From Eledone cirrhosa (lineage: Eukaryota), in NCBI GenBank assembly GCA_964016885.1, contig OZ024746.1:49786001-49850000 (forward strand): a DNA stretch of 64,000 bases, in the 5' to 3' direction. Numbering within the stretch: the first letter of the stretch is position 1; every line of letters begins with the position of its first letter. The notes below the pieces were generated by a model that did no database searches, was not told the origin of the DNA, and was given only the letters and a program-made list of their open reading frames with translations. Below are positions 28,084-42,450 of the stretch, one piece after another. A program made the translations under genes and the position numbers.

Positions 28084-29461
28084 TACCCATCTGCCAGATA
28101 GTTGAACGTTCGAAAGTATATACTTTCCTTATGAAAATTAACGGCTGAGCAGCCTAATTTGCATATTGAGTGAGTTAAATCGGTCAGGCATACCGAAAAC
28201 GATAAATTGAAACAAAATGAAAACGAAATTTCATTTCTCACTCTTAGTATGGCACTTACTTAAATGTAAGTATGCATGTATACGTACATACATATATGTA
28301 TACAGACGTACAGTAGCATGCACATATATATATATATATATACATATATACATACATATGCATACAGGTACACATACATATATGCACGTATCAGTTTAGC
28401 GGCGCTAACGTCGCTTTGTTCGTTTGTAAACAAACTGAACAGCCTGAATTTATGCCATACGGTGTTAAGGCAACCACGTCACCTTTTTGTTCAACACTGA
28501 CACAGGAACGATGTACTAGTTTCAAGCTTGTTAGCTATCATCAGCACCGTTTACCCATCTGCCAGATAGTTGAACGTTCGAAAGTATATACTTTCCTTAT
28601 GAAAATTAACGGCTGAGCAGCCTAATTTGCATATTGAGTGAGTTAAATCGGTCAGGCATACCGAAAACGATAAATTGAAACAAAATGAAAACGAAATTTC
28701 ATTTCTCACTCTTAGTATGGCACTTACTTAAATGTAAGTATGCATGTATACGTACATACATATATGTATACAGACGTACAGTAGCATGCACATATATATA
28801 TATATATATACATATATACATACATATGCATACAGGTACACATACATATATGCACGTATCAGTTTAGCAGCGCTAACGTCGCTTTGTTCGTTTGTAAACA
28901 AACTGAACAGCCTGAATTTATGCCATACGGTGTTAAGGCAACCACGTCACCTTTTTGTTCAACACTGACACAGGAACGATGTACTAGTTTCAAGCTTGTT
29001 AGCTATCATCAGCACCGTTTACCCATCTGCCAGATAGTTGAACGTTCGAAAGTATATACTTTCCTTATGAAAATTAACGGCTGAGCAGCCTAATTTGCAT
29101 ATTGAGTGAGTTAAATCGGTCAGGCATACCGAAAACGATAAATTGAAACAAAATGAAAACGAAATTTCATTTCTCACTCTTAGTATGGCACTTACTTAAA
29201 TGTAAGTATGCATGTATACGTACATACATATATGTATACAGACGTACAGTAGCATGCACATATATATATATATATATACATATATACATACATATGCATA
29301 CAGGTACACATACATATATGCACGTATCAGTTTAGCGGCGCTAACGTCGCTTTGTTCGTTTGTAAACAAACTCACTCAATATGCAAATTAGGCTGCTCAG
29401 CCGTTAATTTTCATAAGGAAAGTATATACTTTCGAACGTTCAACTATCTGGCAGATGGGTA

Positions 29462-29506
29462 AACGGTGCTGATGATAGCTAACAAGCTTGAAACTAGTAC
29501 ATCGTT
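29462..29506 (+). ncRNA. Minimal type I HHR of the 468-bp unit (first of 8 plus copies, every 468 bp to 32738)
   Basis: AACGGUG-CUGAUGA-UAGCU AACA AGCUU-GAAA-CUAG-UA/CAUCGUU; predicted cleavage after 29499; stem I extends via CUGGCA/UGUCAG and GUUCAAC/GUUGAAC. Confidence 0.85.
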
Positions 29507-32500
29507 CCTGTGTCAGTGTTGAACAAAAAGGTGACGTGGTTGCCTTAACACCGTATGGCATAAATTCAGGCTGTTCAGTTTGTTTACAAACGAACAAAGC
29601 GACGTTAGCGCCGCTAAACTGATACGTGCATATATGTATGTGTACCTGTATGCATATGTATGTATATATGTATATATATATATATATATGTGCATGCTAC
29701 TGTACGTCTGTATACATATATGTATGTACGTATACATGCATACTTACATTTAAGTAAGTGCCATACTAAGAGTGAGAAATGAAATTTCGTTTTCATTTTG
29801 TTTCAATTTATCGTTTTCGGTATGCCTGACCGATTTAACTCACTCAATATGCAAATTAGGCTGCTCAGCCGTTAATTTTCATAAGGAAAGTATATACTTT
29901 CGAACGTTCAACTATCTGGCAGATGGGTAAACGGTGCTGATGATAGCTAACAAGCTTGAAACTAGTACATCGTTCCTGTGTCAGTGTTGAACAAAAAGGT
30001 GACGTGGTTGCCTTAACACCGTATGGCATAAATTCAGGCTGTTCAGTTTGTTTACAAACGAACAAAGCGACGTTAGCGCCGCTAAACTGATACGTGCATA
30101 TATGTATGTGTACCTGTATGCATATGTATGTATATATGTATATATATATATATATATGTGCATGCTACTGTACGTCTGTATACATATATGTATGTACGTA
30201 TACATGCATACTTACATTTAAGTAAGTGCCATACTAAGAGTGAGAAATGAAATTTCGTTTTCATTTTGTTTCAATTTATCGTTTTCGGTATGCCTGACCG
30301 ATTTAACTCACTCAATATGCAAATTAGGCTGCTCAGCCGTTAATTTTCATAAGGAAAGTATATACTTTCGAACGTTCAACTATCTGGCAGATGGGTAAAC
30401 GGTGCTGATGATAGCTAACAAGCTTGAAACTAGTACATCGTTCCTGTGTCAGTGTTGAACAAAAAGGTGACGTGGTTGCCTTAACACCGTATGGCATAAA
30501 TTCAGGCTGTTCAGTTTGTTTACAAACGAACAAAGCGACGTTAGCGCCGCTAAACTGATACGTGCATATATGTATGTGTACCTGTATGCATATGTATGTA
30601 TATATGTATATATATATATATATATGTGCATGCTACTGTACGTCTGTATACATATATGTATGTACGTATACATGCATACTTACATTTAAGTAAGTGCCAT
30701 ACTAAGAGTGAGAAATGAAATTTCGTTTTCATTTTGTTTCAATTTATCGTTTTCGGTATGCCTGACCGATTTAACTCACTCAATATGCAAATTAGGCTGC
30801 TCAGCCGTTAATTTTCATAAGGAAAGTATATACTTTCGAACGTTCAACTATCTGGCAGATGGGTAAACGGTGCTGATGATAGCTAACAAGCTTGAAACTA
30901 GTACATCGTTCCTGTGTCAGTGTTGAACAAAAAGGTGACGTGGTTGCCTTAACACCGTATGGCATAAATTCAGGCTGTTCAGTTTGTTTACAAACGAACA
31001 AAGCGACGTTAGCGCCGCTAAACTGATACGTGCATATATGTATGTGTACCTGTATGCATATGTATGTATATATGTATATATATATATATATATGTGCATG
31101 CTACTGTACGTCTGTATACATATATGTATGTACGTATACATGCATACTTACATTTAAGTAAGTGCCATACTAAGAGTGAGAAATGAAATTTCGTTTTCAT
31201 TTTGTTTCAATTTATCGTTTTCGGTATGCCTGACCGATTTAACTCACTCAATATGCAAATTAGGCTGCTCAGCCGTTAATTTTCATAAGGAAAGTATATA
31301 CTTTCGAACGTTCAACTATCTGGCAGATGGGTAAACGGTGCTGATGATAGCTAACAAGCTTGAAACTAGTACATCGTTCCTGTGTCAGTGTTGAACAAAA
31401 AGGTGACGTGGTTGCCTTAACACCGTATGGCATAAATTCAGGCTGTTCAGTTTGTTTACAAACGAACAAAGCGACGTTAGCGCCGCTAAACTGATACGTG
31501 CATATATGTATGTGTACCTGTATGCATATGTATGTATATATGTATATATATATATATATATGTGCATGCTACTGTACGTCTGTATACATATATGTATGTA
31601 CGTATACATGCATACTTACATTTAAGTAAGTGCCATACTAAGAGTGAGAAATGAAATTTCGTTTTCATTTTGTTTCAATTTATCGTTTTCGGTATGCCTG
31701 ACCGATTTAACTCACTCAATATGCAAATTAGGCTGCTCAGCCGTTAATTTTCATAAGGAAAGTATATACTTTCGAACGTTCAACTATCTGGCAGATGGGT
31801 AAACGGTGCTGATGATAGCTAACAAGCTTGAAACTAGTACATCGTTCCTGTGTCAGTGTTGAACAAAAAGGTGACGTGGTTGCCTTAACACCGTATGGCA
31901 TAAATTCAGGCTGTTCAGTTTGTTTACAAACGAACAAAGCGACGTTAGCGCCGCTAAACTGATACGTGCATATATGTATGTGTACCTGTATGCATATGTA
32001 TGTATATATGTATATATATATATATATATGTGCATGCTACTGTACGTCTGTATACATATATGTATGTACGTATACATGCATACTTACATTTAAGTAAGTG
32101 CCATACTAAGAGTGAGAAATGAAATTTCGTTTTCATTTTGTTTCAATTTATCGTTTTCGGTATGCCTGACCGATTTAACTCACTCAATATGCAAATTAGG
32201 CTGCTCAGCCGTTAATTTTCATAAGGAAAGTATATACTTTCGAACGTTCAACTATCTGGCAGATGGGTAAACGGTGCTGATGATAGCTAACAAGCTTGAA
32301 ACTAGTACATCGTTCCTGTGTCAGTGTTGAACAAAAAGGTGACGTGGTTGCCTTAACACCGTATGGCATAAATTCAGGCTGTTCAGTTTGTTTACAAACG
32401 AACAAAGCGACGTTAGCGCCGCTAAACTGATACGTGCATATATGTATGTGTACCTGTATGCATATGTATGTATATATGTATATATATATATATATATGTG

Positions 32501-33020
32501 CATGCTACTGTACGTCTGTATACATATATGTATGTACGTATACATGCATACTTACATTTAAGTAAGTGCCATACTAAGAGTGAGAAATGAAATTTCGTTT
32601 TCATTTTGTTTCAATTTATCGTTTTCGGTATGCCTGACCGATTTAACTCACTCAATATGCAAATTAGGCTGCTCAGCCGTTAATTTTCATAAGGAAAGTA
32701 TATACTTTCGAACGTTCAACTATCTGGCAGATGGGTAAACGGTGCTGATGATAGCTAACAAGCTTGAAACTAGTACATCGTTCCTGTGTCAGTGTTGAAC
32801 AAAAAGGTGACGTGGTTGCCTTAACACCGTATGGCATAAATTCAGGCTGTTCAGTTTGTTTACAAACGAACAAAGCGACGTTAGCGCCGCTAAACTGATA
32901 CGTGCATATATGTATGTGTACCTGTATGCATATGTATGTATATATGTATATATATATATATATATGTGCATGCTACTGTACGTCTGTATACATATATGTA
33001 TGTACGTATACATGCATACT

Positions 33021-33823
<803 letters not shown>

Positions 33824-33877
33824 AAATATATATATATAAATATATATAAATATATATATATACATATATATATATAC

Positions 33878-33932
<55 letters not shown>

Positions 33933-34214
33933 ACGAGCTTGCCAGTTACTTACGTAAGTCTGATATTTGTCCATCTGCCCATGATTGGATTGAGGCGGCC
34001 TCTGTTCAAATGCGATTTGGTGCAGGAAAATAGGGGTTTATCCTATTATTTGTTTCCGCGTATTTATCCTGCCAAAAGTTACTATTATGTCCGTCCAGTG
34101 TAAGGGGTTTCCATCCCCATGGTAGAGGGAATTTCCCGGCTAGCTTATGGTTGGTTCCTCTCTTCTCCACCATATCGGTTACATCGTAGAGCGCTCAACT
34201 AATTGGAGCTTTTT

Positions 34215-34291
<77 letters not shown>

Positions 34292-34317
34292 ATATATATA
34301 TATACATACATATATAT

Positions 34318-34455
34318 CGTTTCTGAATTTGTTTCGCAAGATTCTTTATCTGAAAACGTGTGTTGAAACTGATATTGTTATACTTTGGGAGGGTCATTTG
34401 CTAATAAGAAACACACGCACCAGTTGCTTTCACTTCAATTTATTATAATAAATTT

Positions 34456-34459
<4 letters not shown>
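34318..34459 (-). mobile_element. Extreme 3' end of the Nematis-like PLE family
   Basis: Matches 36634-36780 and 44268-44410; follows (TA)n. Confidence 0.8.
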
Positions 34460-34505
<46 letters not shown>

Positions 34506-34569
34506 CATATATTATATATAAATACATATTATATATATAATATATTTATATGCATTATATATATATATA

Positions 34570-34752
34570 ATTGTTTCTACTTTAGGCACAAGGCCAGCAA
34601 ATACCCAGTGTATTACTGGTACTTTATTTTATCGACCCCGTAAGGATGAAAGGCAAAGTCAACCTCGGCGGGATTTGAACTCAGATCGTAAAGGGACGTA
34701 ACTATGCTGCAAAGCATGGCGTCCGACCCTCTACCGATACTGCCAATCCACC
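34570..34752 (-). mobile_element. tRNA-derived SINE (family of 14256)
   Basis: Reverse complement match including A/B boxes. Confidence 0.85.
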
Positions 34753-34784
34753 AATTATATATATATATATATAATGCATATAAT

Positions 34785-34818
<34 letters not shown>

Positions 34819-34849
34819 ATATATATATATATATAATATATATATATAA

Positions 34850-34908
<59 letters not shown>

Positions 34909-35130
34909 TATACACAAAAGTAAAGTGTATATTAAGAGAACTTCAATATGTTTAAAGATCCTATCGCATGGTAATGTGATATTTTTCTCCTTCTAATTTC
35001 ATAATCGACCAACTCTTTCGCATGTAGTTCACTTTAGTTGTACTTTGCTGTATACTTATCAGTTTGATTATCACTCATAATGTAATATTTGCTCACTTAT
35101 CTCATTCACTCATTCACTTTCTACTTTTGG

Positions 35131-35164
<34 letters not shown>

Positions 35165-35167
<3 letters not shown>

Positions 35168-35351
35168 GTTTCTACGTTAGGCACAAGGCCAGCAATTACC
35201 AGTGTATTACTGGTACTTTATTTTATCGACCCCGTAAGGATGAAAGGCAAAGTTAACCTCGGCGGGATTTGAACTCAGAATGGCAAGGGCCGTAACTCTA
35301 TGCGCCAAAGCATGTCATCCGACACTCTACCAATACTGCCAATCCACCGCC
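35165..35351 (-). mobile_element. tRNA-derived SINE (family of 14256)
   Basis: Reverse complement match including A/B boxes. Confidence 0.85.
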
Positions 35352-35542
35352 TATATATATATATATATAATATACACACATATATATGTATGCTTATAAA
35401 ACATGCACACATATAGAGATATAATATGTGTTCAACTTGTTTTGCATACACACACACACATATATATATATATATGTATAAACACATACACACATATATG
35501 CACCTATCTATCTTTCTGTCTATCTATCTATCTATCTATCTA

Positions 35543-35594
<52 letters not shown>

Positions 35595-35615
35595 GGGGAG
35601 AGAGAGAGAGTGAGA

Positions 35616-35681
<66 letters not shown>

Positions 35682-36397
35682 ATGTCATCGGGTCTAATCT
35701 ATTCTATGACACCACACACACATACATCATCCTCATCAACGTACGTACATATGTATACATATGAATATATATAGATACACACACACATACACACACACAA
35801 ATATACACACACACGCACATATTTATCATGAAGGAAAAACATACCCATACTCACATGCGTACATATATGTAAACTGCAGTTCAATGCAATATTTTCACAG
35901 ATTCGATAATAATATCTAGAAATGTATAATATTTACTGACAGTACAGCAAGATGTCGTATGCAAATAGTTGTGATGGCATTTTATAATAGATTAATATTG
36001 TTACATCTCTGCTACAGATTGAAGTAATCGTCTCTCCTGTGTACGTTGGAAGATCACAGAAAATAATATACTTTGAAAATAATCTATTGATCACATGCAC
36101 AGCAGGAGATGAGGTGGGAAGAGAGAAGATGAGAGTGGGCCAGTGTGTATGTATGTATGTGTGTGTGTATGTGTGTATGTATGTATGTGTGTGTGTGTAT
36201 GTATGTGTGTGTGTGTGTATGTATATGTGTGTGTGTATGTGTGTATGTGTGTATGTATGTGTGTATGTATGTATGTAAGTATGGATGTATGTGTGTGTGT
36301 GTATGTGTGTGTGTATGTGCCTATATATGTGTATGTATGTATACGTATATGTATGCAAATATCTATATCTATGTATGTACATATATATATATATATA

Positions 36398-36618
36398 GGA
36401 ACGAGTAGGACCCCGACGGCTGAGCTCAAGCCGTTTCGACGGCTAATTCTGGACTCAGTCAGACGGCTAATTCTGGACCCAGTCCAGAATTAGCCGTCGA
36501 AATGGCTTGAGCTCAGCCGTCGGGGTCCTACTCGTTCCTATTACCCACTCTACTACCCTAAGTATTGAGTACTTTGGTGCGTTATGGTCCACCTGGTTCC
36601 TTACCACATTTCCTTCGT
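36398..36618. mobile_element. Half-hammerhead short element with head-to-head inverted 5' arm
   Basis: 36398-36456 is the reverse complement of ~36481-36539; (TA)n both sides. Confidence 0.8.
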
Positions 36619-36633
36619 TATATATATATATAT

Positions 36634-38804
36634 CGTTTCTGAATTTGTTTAGCAAGATTCTTTATCTGAAATCGTGTGTTGAAACCGATATTGTTATACT
36701 TTGGGAGGGTCATGTTGCCAATAAGAAACACACGCACCAGTTGTTTCACTTCAATTTATTATAATAAATTTATAATAAATTTATAAATTTATAAATTTCT
36801 GGTTGGTTGGTTCCACAACCAGATAGTTGTTTATATATAGTCATGGTTCTTTCGTCACACACTCTGTGACCTCTTCAGTGACTGGGGATTCCTTTCTTTG
36901 TTTCTGTGCCTTTCCTTTGTTCTGTCCTACGACATTTTGTTTCTGTGTGTGTCTTGTGTGCTCAGTCTGCGCATGCGCCACATCCGGGTGTCTGTGTGTG
37001 TTTATGTTCATTTATTTATTTGTTTATTTACATGTTACTGGTTGGTTGTTTGTTCTATGTGTGTGTTTTCATTTTGTCCTTAATTGTAAGTTGTGATGTT
37101 GCTGTTCCACTCATATTTTCTATTTAATTTTGGTTGTAATTCTTTTATGTTTATTGCCTCTGTAATTTGTCTAAACATTGCGTCTTTTCTGTTTGTAGAT
37201 TCTATTTTTATTTCTATGTTCTCTAATTTACCCTTGTGTTCTATTTTAGCATGTTGGTAGTGTACAGATGATTCTTTATTATCTTGAAGGTCTCGCCAGT
37301 GTTCATTTATCCGTTCCCCTACACTACGATCTGTCTCACCTATGTACACTATATTTTTGTCTCTACATTGTCCTTCAGTACATCTTATGCTATACACTAC
37401 ATTTCTAGTTTTACAGTTAATATGGGGGCTTATTTTACAGGTTATACATTTCTTATGTATCGATGAACATTACACTCTGGTATTTATTGCTATCATACCA
37501 TGAGTTTATTCTATTAGCCTTGTTCCTAGTTCTTTCTATTCTATTCCAAAATTTGCTCCTATACAAGGGGCAGGTCCCATTTATGTCATTATTTACCATT
37601 TTTTCCCATTTGGTTCTGGCTCCTCTATACACTCTGATTTTATCTCTCTGATTGTAGCCAGAGAACTGCATACGGTGGATGAAGTGTTGTATGTGTCTCT
37701 CTAGTTCTTCGGGGTTGCACATACGGGACACATTTCTCATCACCCGTACCAAATCCGCAATGAGTATGTTGATTTTGGTATGGTCCGAAACGGCCGAGTT
37801 TCGGTGGATCAGATGTTTGGAAGTCATGGGTTTGGCATAATGGGAATGGAGGATTTGTTTTTTGTTGTTAATGGTATCTAACCAGAGCTCTGTGTCTAGT
37901 ACAGGTAATCGATGGTTGGGGTGTTTACTTGGGTAGTCTATAGTAACTCTAATGCTCTGGTGGATGGAGTTTGCTATTTGCTGGATGCTTTCCATTGTGT
38001 TTTTCTCTAGTTCCTGACTGTTCTCTAGTGGGGGTGTCTTAACTACGATGTTTATATCATCTACGTAGCGGGAGTACATTATCAGGGTTAAGGGGTCTTC
38101 TAATTGTTCTTTAAGTTTAAGTTTAAGTCTACTGTCCCACCATACCATGAATAAGTTAGCTATGTCGCCTGCAATGCTAACGCAAATGGCTGCTCCTTCC
38201 TCTTGGGCATATGTTTTTCCATTAAATTTGAACATATGTTCCTTAAGGGTTAGTTTTATGCTGGCCCCTACCGCATGTGCAATCATTTTCTTCAGTTCAT
38301 CGTGGTTTTCGGGTGTCCGTATGGCTCTGGTCCACCCGTTCCATCTATCTGTGTGGGTTTTCTTGGCCATTGAGGTAATGGTAGGTGGTCTGCCTCTTGC
38401 TGGTCTTGTAGGGCACAGGTTGCTAAGGTCATATGTGTCTAGGTAATTATTACTATAGGTAAGCTTAAGTAGGAGTCCCAGCTCACTGGTATCAATCCCA
38501 CGGAACTCAACCTTGCTCTCACTGATCATTTCTACGCAATTCTCCACAGCAAAATCCACGTCAATATATGGATACAGGGACACAACATCCATACTGCCTA
38601 TTATGCAGTTTGTTAGGTCCCCAGATCGGTTACTCACGCCGATTCTGCTGAGGAGGTCCTCCGTGCTGTCACATACATCTGGGGACATTTCAATGATGGG
38701 GCGTATGATTAGAGAGAGGAAGTAGGACAGTCTGTAGTTACTAGCAATGTTAGCTCCACAGACTGGCCGTGTTGGTGGTCCCGCGACAGGGTCACAGCCC
38801 GTTT
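36634..38804 (-). mobile_element. 5'-truncated Penelope-like element (Nematis-like), RT + GIY-YIG + 3' UTR
   Basis: RPVCGA, SMDVVSLYP, AGDIANLFM, RYVDD (PLE RT); VVYSIRC..YIGET..RINEH..LNRKYEW (GIY-YIG); (TA)n both ends. Clade assignment is inference. Confidence 0.9.
37080..38804 (-). pseudogene. PLE RT/GIY-YIG ORF with ~145-bp frameshifting deletion near 37458
   Basis: ORFs 37453-38850 and 37080-37397; the missing linker is present in the copy at ~45198-45343. Confidence 0.85.
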
Positions 38805-38865
38805 TATATATATATATATACATATACATATATAAAGTATATATATACATGTATACATGTATACA

Positions 38866-38937
<72 letters not shown>

Positions 38938-39454
38938 ACCTATCTATCTATTTATCTATCGCACAGACACGCGAATACATGTAACTATAACTGTATATGC
39001 TTTAACATAAAACACATACACACAAAACCAAATCGTTTATCTACTCTGACGCTAGCCAGAAACTATCAAAATGTCGTCCAAACACCTAATCCTGGCGTCA
39101 CTTACCATATAAATCTCACTACACAAAAGATAGAGTAAAAAACAATACAAAATAAAACAATCCCTCCTATCAGTAACATAAACACACTTCTATGCATAAC
39201 AAGAGCGAAATCCATTACGGAGGCGACAGAAGGATGTCATGAGGCTCTAGTCGCCATATTATGTGACGTTTGGTTGTGCAAGGGGGAGAAACAAAATTCA
39301 ATACGTAGCTGGTAGAGGGATGACCCGAGTGCCAGAAATTATGGTCTTAAGTGTACTAAAGCACGAGATTCTTTACTCAAGTGTTACTGATATAGCTCTA
39401 AGCTTCAATAATAATAATTATAACAACAACACCAATAACAACAATAGTAATAAT

Positions 39455-39641
39455 GATTTCTACTATAGGCACAAGGCAAGGAATGGGAATGGGAAATGCG
39501 ATTAAATCGACCCCAGTGCATTAGTGGTGCTTTATTTCATCGACCCCGTTAGGATGAAAAGCAAAGCTAACTTCGGCGGGATTTGAACTCAGAACGTTAC
39601 AAAGCGCAGAGTGTCCGACACTTCACCGATATTGCCAATCC
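39455..39641 (-). mobile_element. tRNA-derived SINE (family of 14256) with (AAT/AAC)n tail
   Basis: Core ATCGACCCCGTTAGGATGAAAAGCAAAG, B-box GGATTTGAACTC. Confidence 0.75.
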
Positions 39642-39649
39642 AATAATAA

Positions 39650-40029
39650 TACCGCTTGCGACTGCTGTTTTCTCGTCTGTGTAAATGAGGTGATTAATCT
39701 CATTTGCATATGAAGCTGCATAAGTTGGCTCAACTTATAACAGAAAAGAAATAAGATTTCGCTTCAAGCTTTATACAATATATATATATTCTCGGCTGTC
39801 TTCTAGTCCAACAGTCGCAAGCGGTGGGAGGGATCGTCCTGACGAAGGCCAGTTCAGCCTGAAATGCATAGACGGTTGTCCCCCTTGCTTCTGCTGGACA
39901 TCACCAGAGGACATTAGCCCCCCGGTGTTTGCATAGCTACGGCTTCCTAAAACCGTATTTCTTTGGAGATACGAAATTTCTATACATATTGTATAAAGCT
40001 ATGCTTGAAGCGAAATATTATTTCTTTTA
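39650..40029 (+). mobile_element. Solo HHR element (39789-40029) with inverted rearranged partial copy on its left (39650-39780)
   Basis: ACCGCTTGCGACTG vs CAGTCGCAAGCGGT and TTTCGCTTCAAGC vs GCTTGAAGCGAAA are reverse complements. Confidence 0.7.
39832..39877 (+). ncRNA. Minimal type I hammerhead ribozyme
   Basis: GAUCGUC-CUGACGA-AGGC CAGUUCA GCCU-GAAA-UGCA-UA/GACGGUU; stem I extends via GCAAG/CUUGC, GUCCA/UGGAC, UGUCUUCU/AGAGGACA. Confidence 0.85.
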
Positions 40030-40137
40030 TATATATATATATATATATAAAGGTTTACATATACATAAAGTTATATATGTTACAACTGGGCACTTTGTGG
40101 CTCTATGAAGAATTAATAAATTAAATAATCAGAGCAA

Positions 40138-40520
40138 TATATCATAAATCATGTCTATAGAATTATTAGATAAATAAAATATATACCATTTCCTCTGCCA
40201 ATCAGCATAATTAACCATGGTAGAGATATAGTTACGGTATGTACACATTTCTTCTAAGTTTGAATTTACACCAAATTGTGTATGGTTGATTGTATATTTG
40301 GTCAGTTTCTACATGCTGTCGAAATGTTGGATAAATACTCTATTGAGGCCACCGCGAAGAGGCCACTTTCGCTTGTTTGTCGGAGATTTCTTCATAGGAG
40401 CCTTTATCCTTATAGCTTGGTCTAATTGATTTTTTATATGGTTAATTATGGTGATTGGCAGAGGAAATGGTATATATTTTATTTATCTAATAATTCTATA
40501 GACATGATTTATGATATATA
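40138..40520. repeat. ~80-bp inverted repeat (40138-40218 / 40438-40520) around a ~220-bp spacer
   Basis: ATCATAAATCATGTCTATAG...TTAACCAT vs ATGGTTAA...CTATAGACATGATTTATGAT. Confidence 0.8.
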
Positions 40521-40574
40521 TATATATATGTATATAAGCATCCATTTCTCTCTCTCTCTCTCTCTCTCTCTCCC

Positions 40575-40688
<114 letters not shown>

Positions 40689-40719
40689 TTTATATATATA
40701 TATATATATAATATATATT

Positions 40720-40786
<67 letters not shown>

Positions 40787-40790
40787 TATG

Positions 40791-40951
<161 letters not shown>

Positions 40952-41619
40952 ACAAATATTCCTACAGGACTAGGACTGTTTCATTCGTATGAAATTATTT
41001 CTGTATAAAATATATATGCTTCTTATCTTCTAACGTATTGAGTTCCATAATTAACTGTTTTTTCCGGTACCTTTCGCAAAATCATGCTTGATTACATATA
41101 TATAAACTTACGACTGTGTGTTTATTAGTACACATATTTTTAGTTTCATTTTCACTTTGACGAGTTGATACCGTGGTTAAGTCACAGGTTTTCTTGTCAG
41201 TGGCCAGACAAAAACATCAAACTAGTTTCAGCATTTAGTAACACCTTATCAGAGATTGGTTAACTAATCCTCACAAAGATTATAGTTATTTATAGTAAAC
41301 ACAAACTCAGATAGAATTAAATTGGTCTGCTTAATTCACAAAACAGTGACTTGAACTCTAATAATTTTATGATCTGTATTAACATGCAATGGGGATTACT
41401 ATAAAACTAGTACGTAATTACTCTCTTGAGCGTAACCTGAAAGCTGAAGCGTATCACAGCTATACATATAAGCATCAATTCACATAATAATTTCCATATG
41501 ACAGCTATCATCAGAGTCTAAGTTTCATAATCTTAATAGTAGAAACTGAGTCGTGAATACAAATTATTGAAATCTGTTTTCTACCCCAGAGAATGATATA
41601 TATATATATATACATATAT

Positions 41620-41670
41620 GAAAAGAGTCAGGACCCCGACGGCTGAGCTCCGGCCGTTTCGACAGCTAGA
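41620..41670 (-). mobile_element. Half-hammerhead short element fragment
   Basis: GAAAAGAGTCAGGACCCCGACGGCTGAGCTCCGGCCGTTTCGACAGCTAG after (TA)n. Confidence 0.7.
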
Positions 41671-41732
41671 ATATGTAGGATATCCGTAGTTGTAAGGTAA
41701 AGGAAAAAAGTGTTCAATCCAGTACAAGCGAT

Positions 41733-42090
41733 TGGCGCCACTGCTCTATCTCGCGGAAGACGAATCTCCGTATCTACAACGCGTCGGTCCTCTCAGTTCT
41801 CCTCTATGACGCAGAAACGTGGCCCCTCACCACGACCCTGGCAAAGAGGATCAATGGCTTCGATAGCATAGCTCTGTGGACCATCGAGAACATTAGATGG
41901 TACCACCAAGAGTTGCGTGCGCGCATGCATCAGACCGCAGCCACACGCCACATAGTCATCCACCGCAAGCACTGGTACAGAACTGTCTTACGCCTACCGC
42001 CAAATCATCCAACCAGGGCCTTACTCTTGTTCGACACAGCAGCTACAGGCTAGGAGGAGGCCCCAGGGCAGGCCTCGCACCAGAGGGCTT
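41733..42090 (+). mobile_element. RTE-clade LINE C-terminal fragment (decayed)
   Basis: Translates WRHCSISRKTNLRIYNASVLSVLLYDAETWPLT..., the typical RTE TKLRIY..VLLYGxETW block. Confidence 0.75.
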
Positions 42091-42347
42091 CTAACGAGCG
42101 AATTACTGGCTCACCGCATCTATGTGTATGTGTTGTATTTAGGTCGAAGTCAATCATGATCAACTAAACATGTGATCAAAGGCGTTCGATCCGTGACAAT
42201 CTCGTATTAAGAGTACGAAAGACTCCGTTATCTAAAATTTTTCCTTCTCTGTTTTCAGATAGTAGGGTGAAATTTAAAAATGTTTTGACTGCTATATATA
42301 GCAAGTCGAGTGACTACTGGGCTCTTGCATAGGCTCGCACATATACC

Positions 42348-42427
<80 letters not shown>

Positions 42428-42450
42428 GGTGGTGGTGTTAATGTTGTTGC
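42348..42450. repeat. (TTG)n(GTG)n microsatellite
   Basis: Read directly. Confidence 0.95.
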
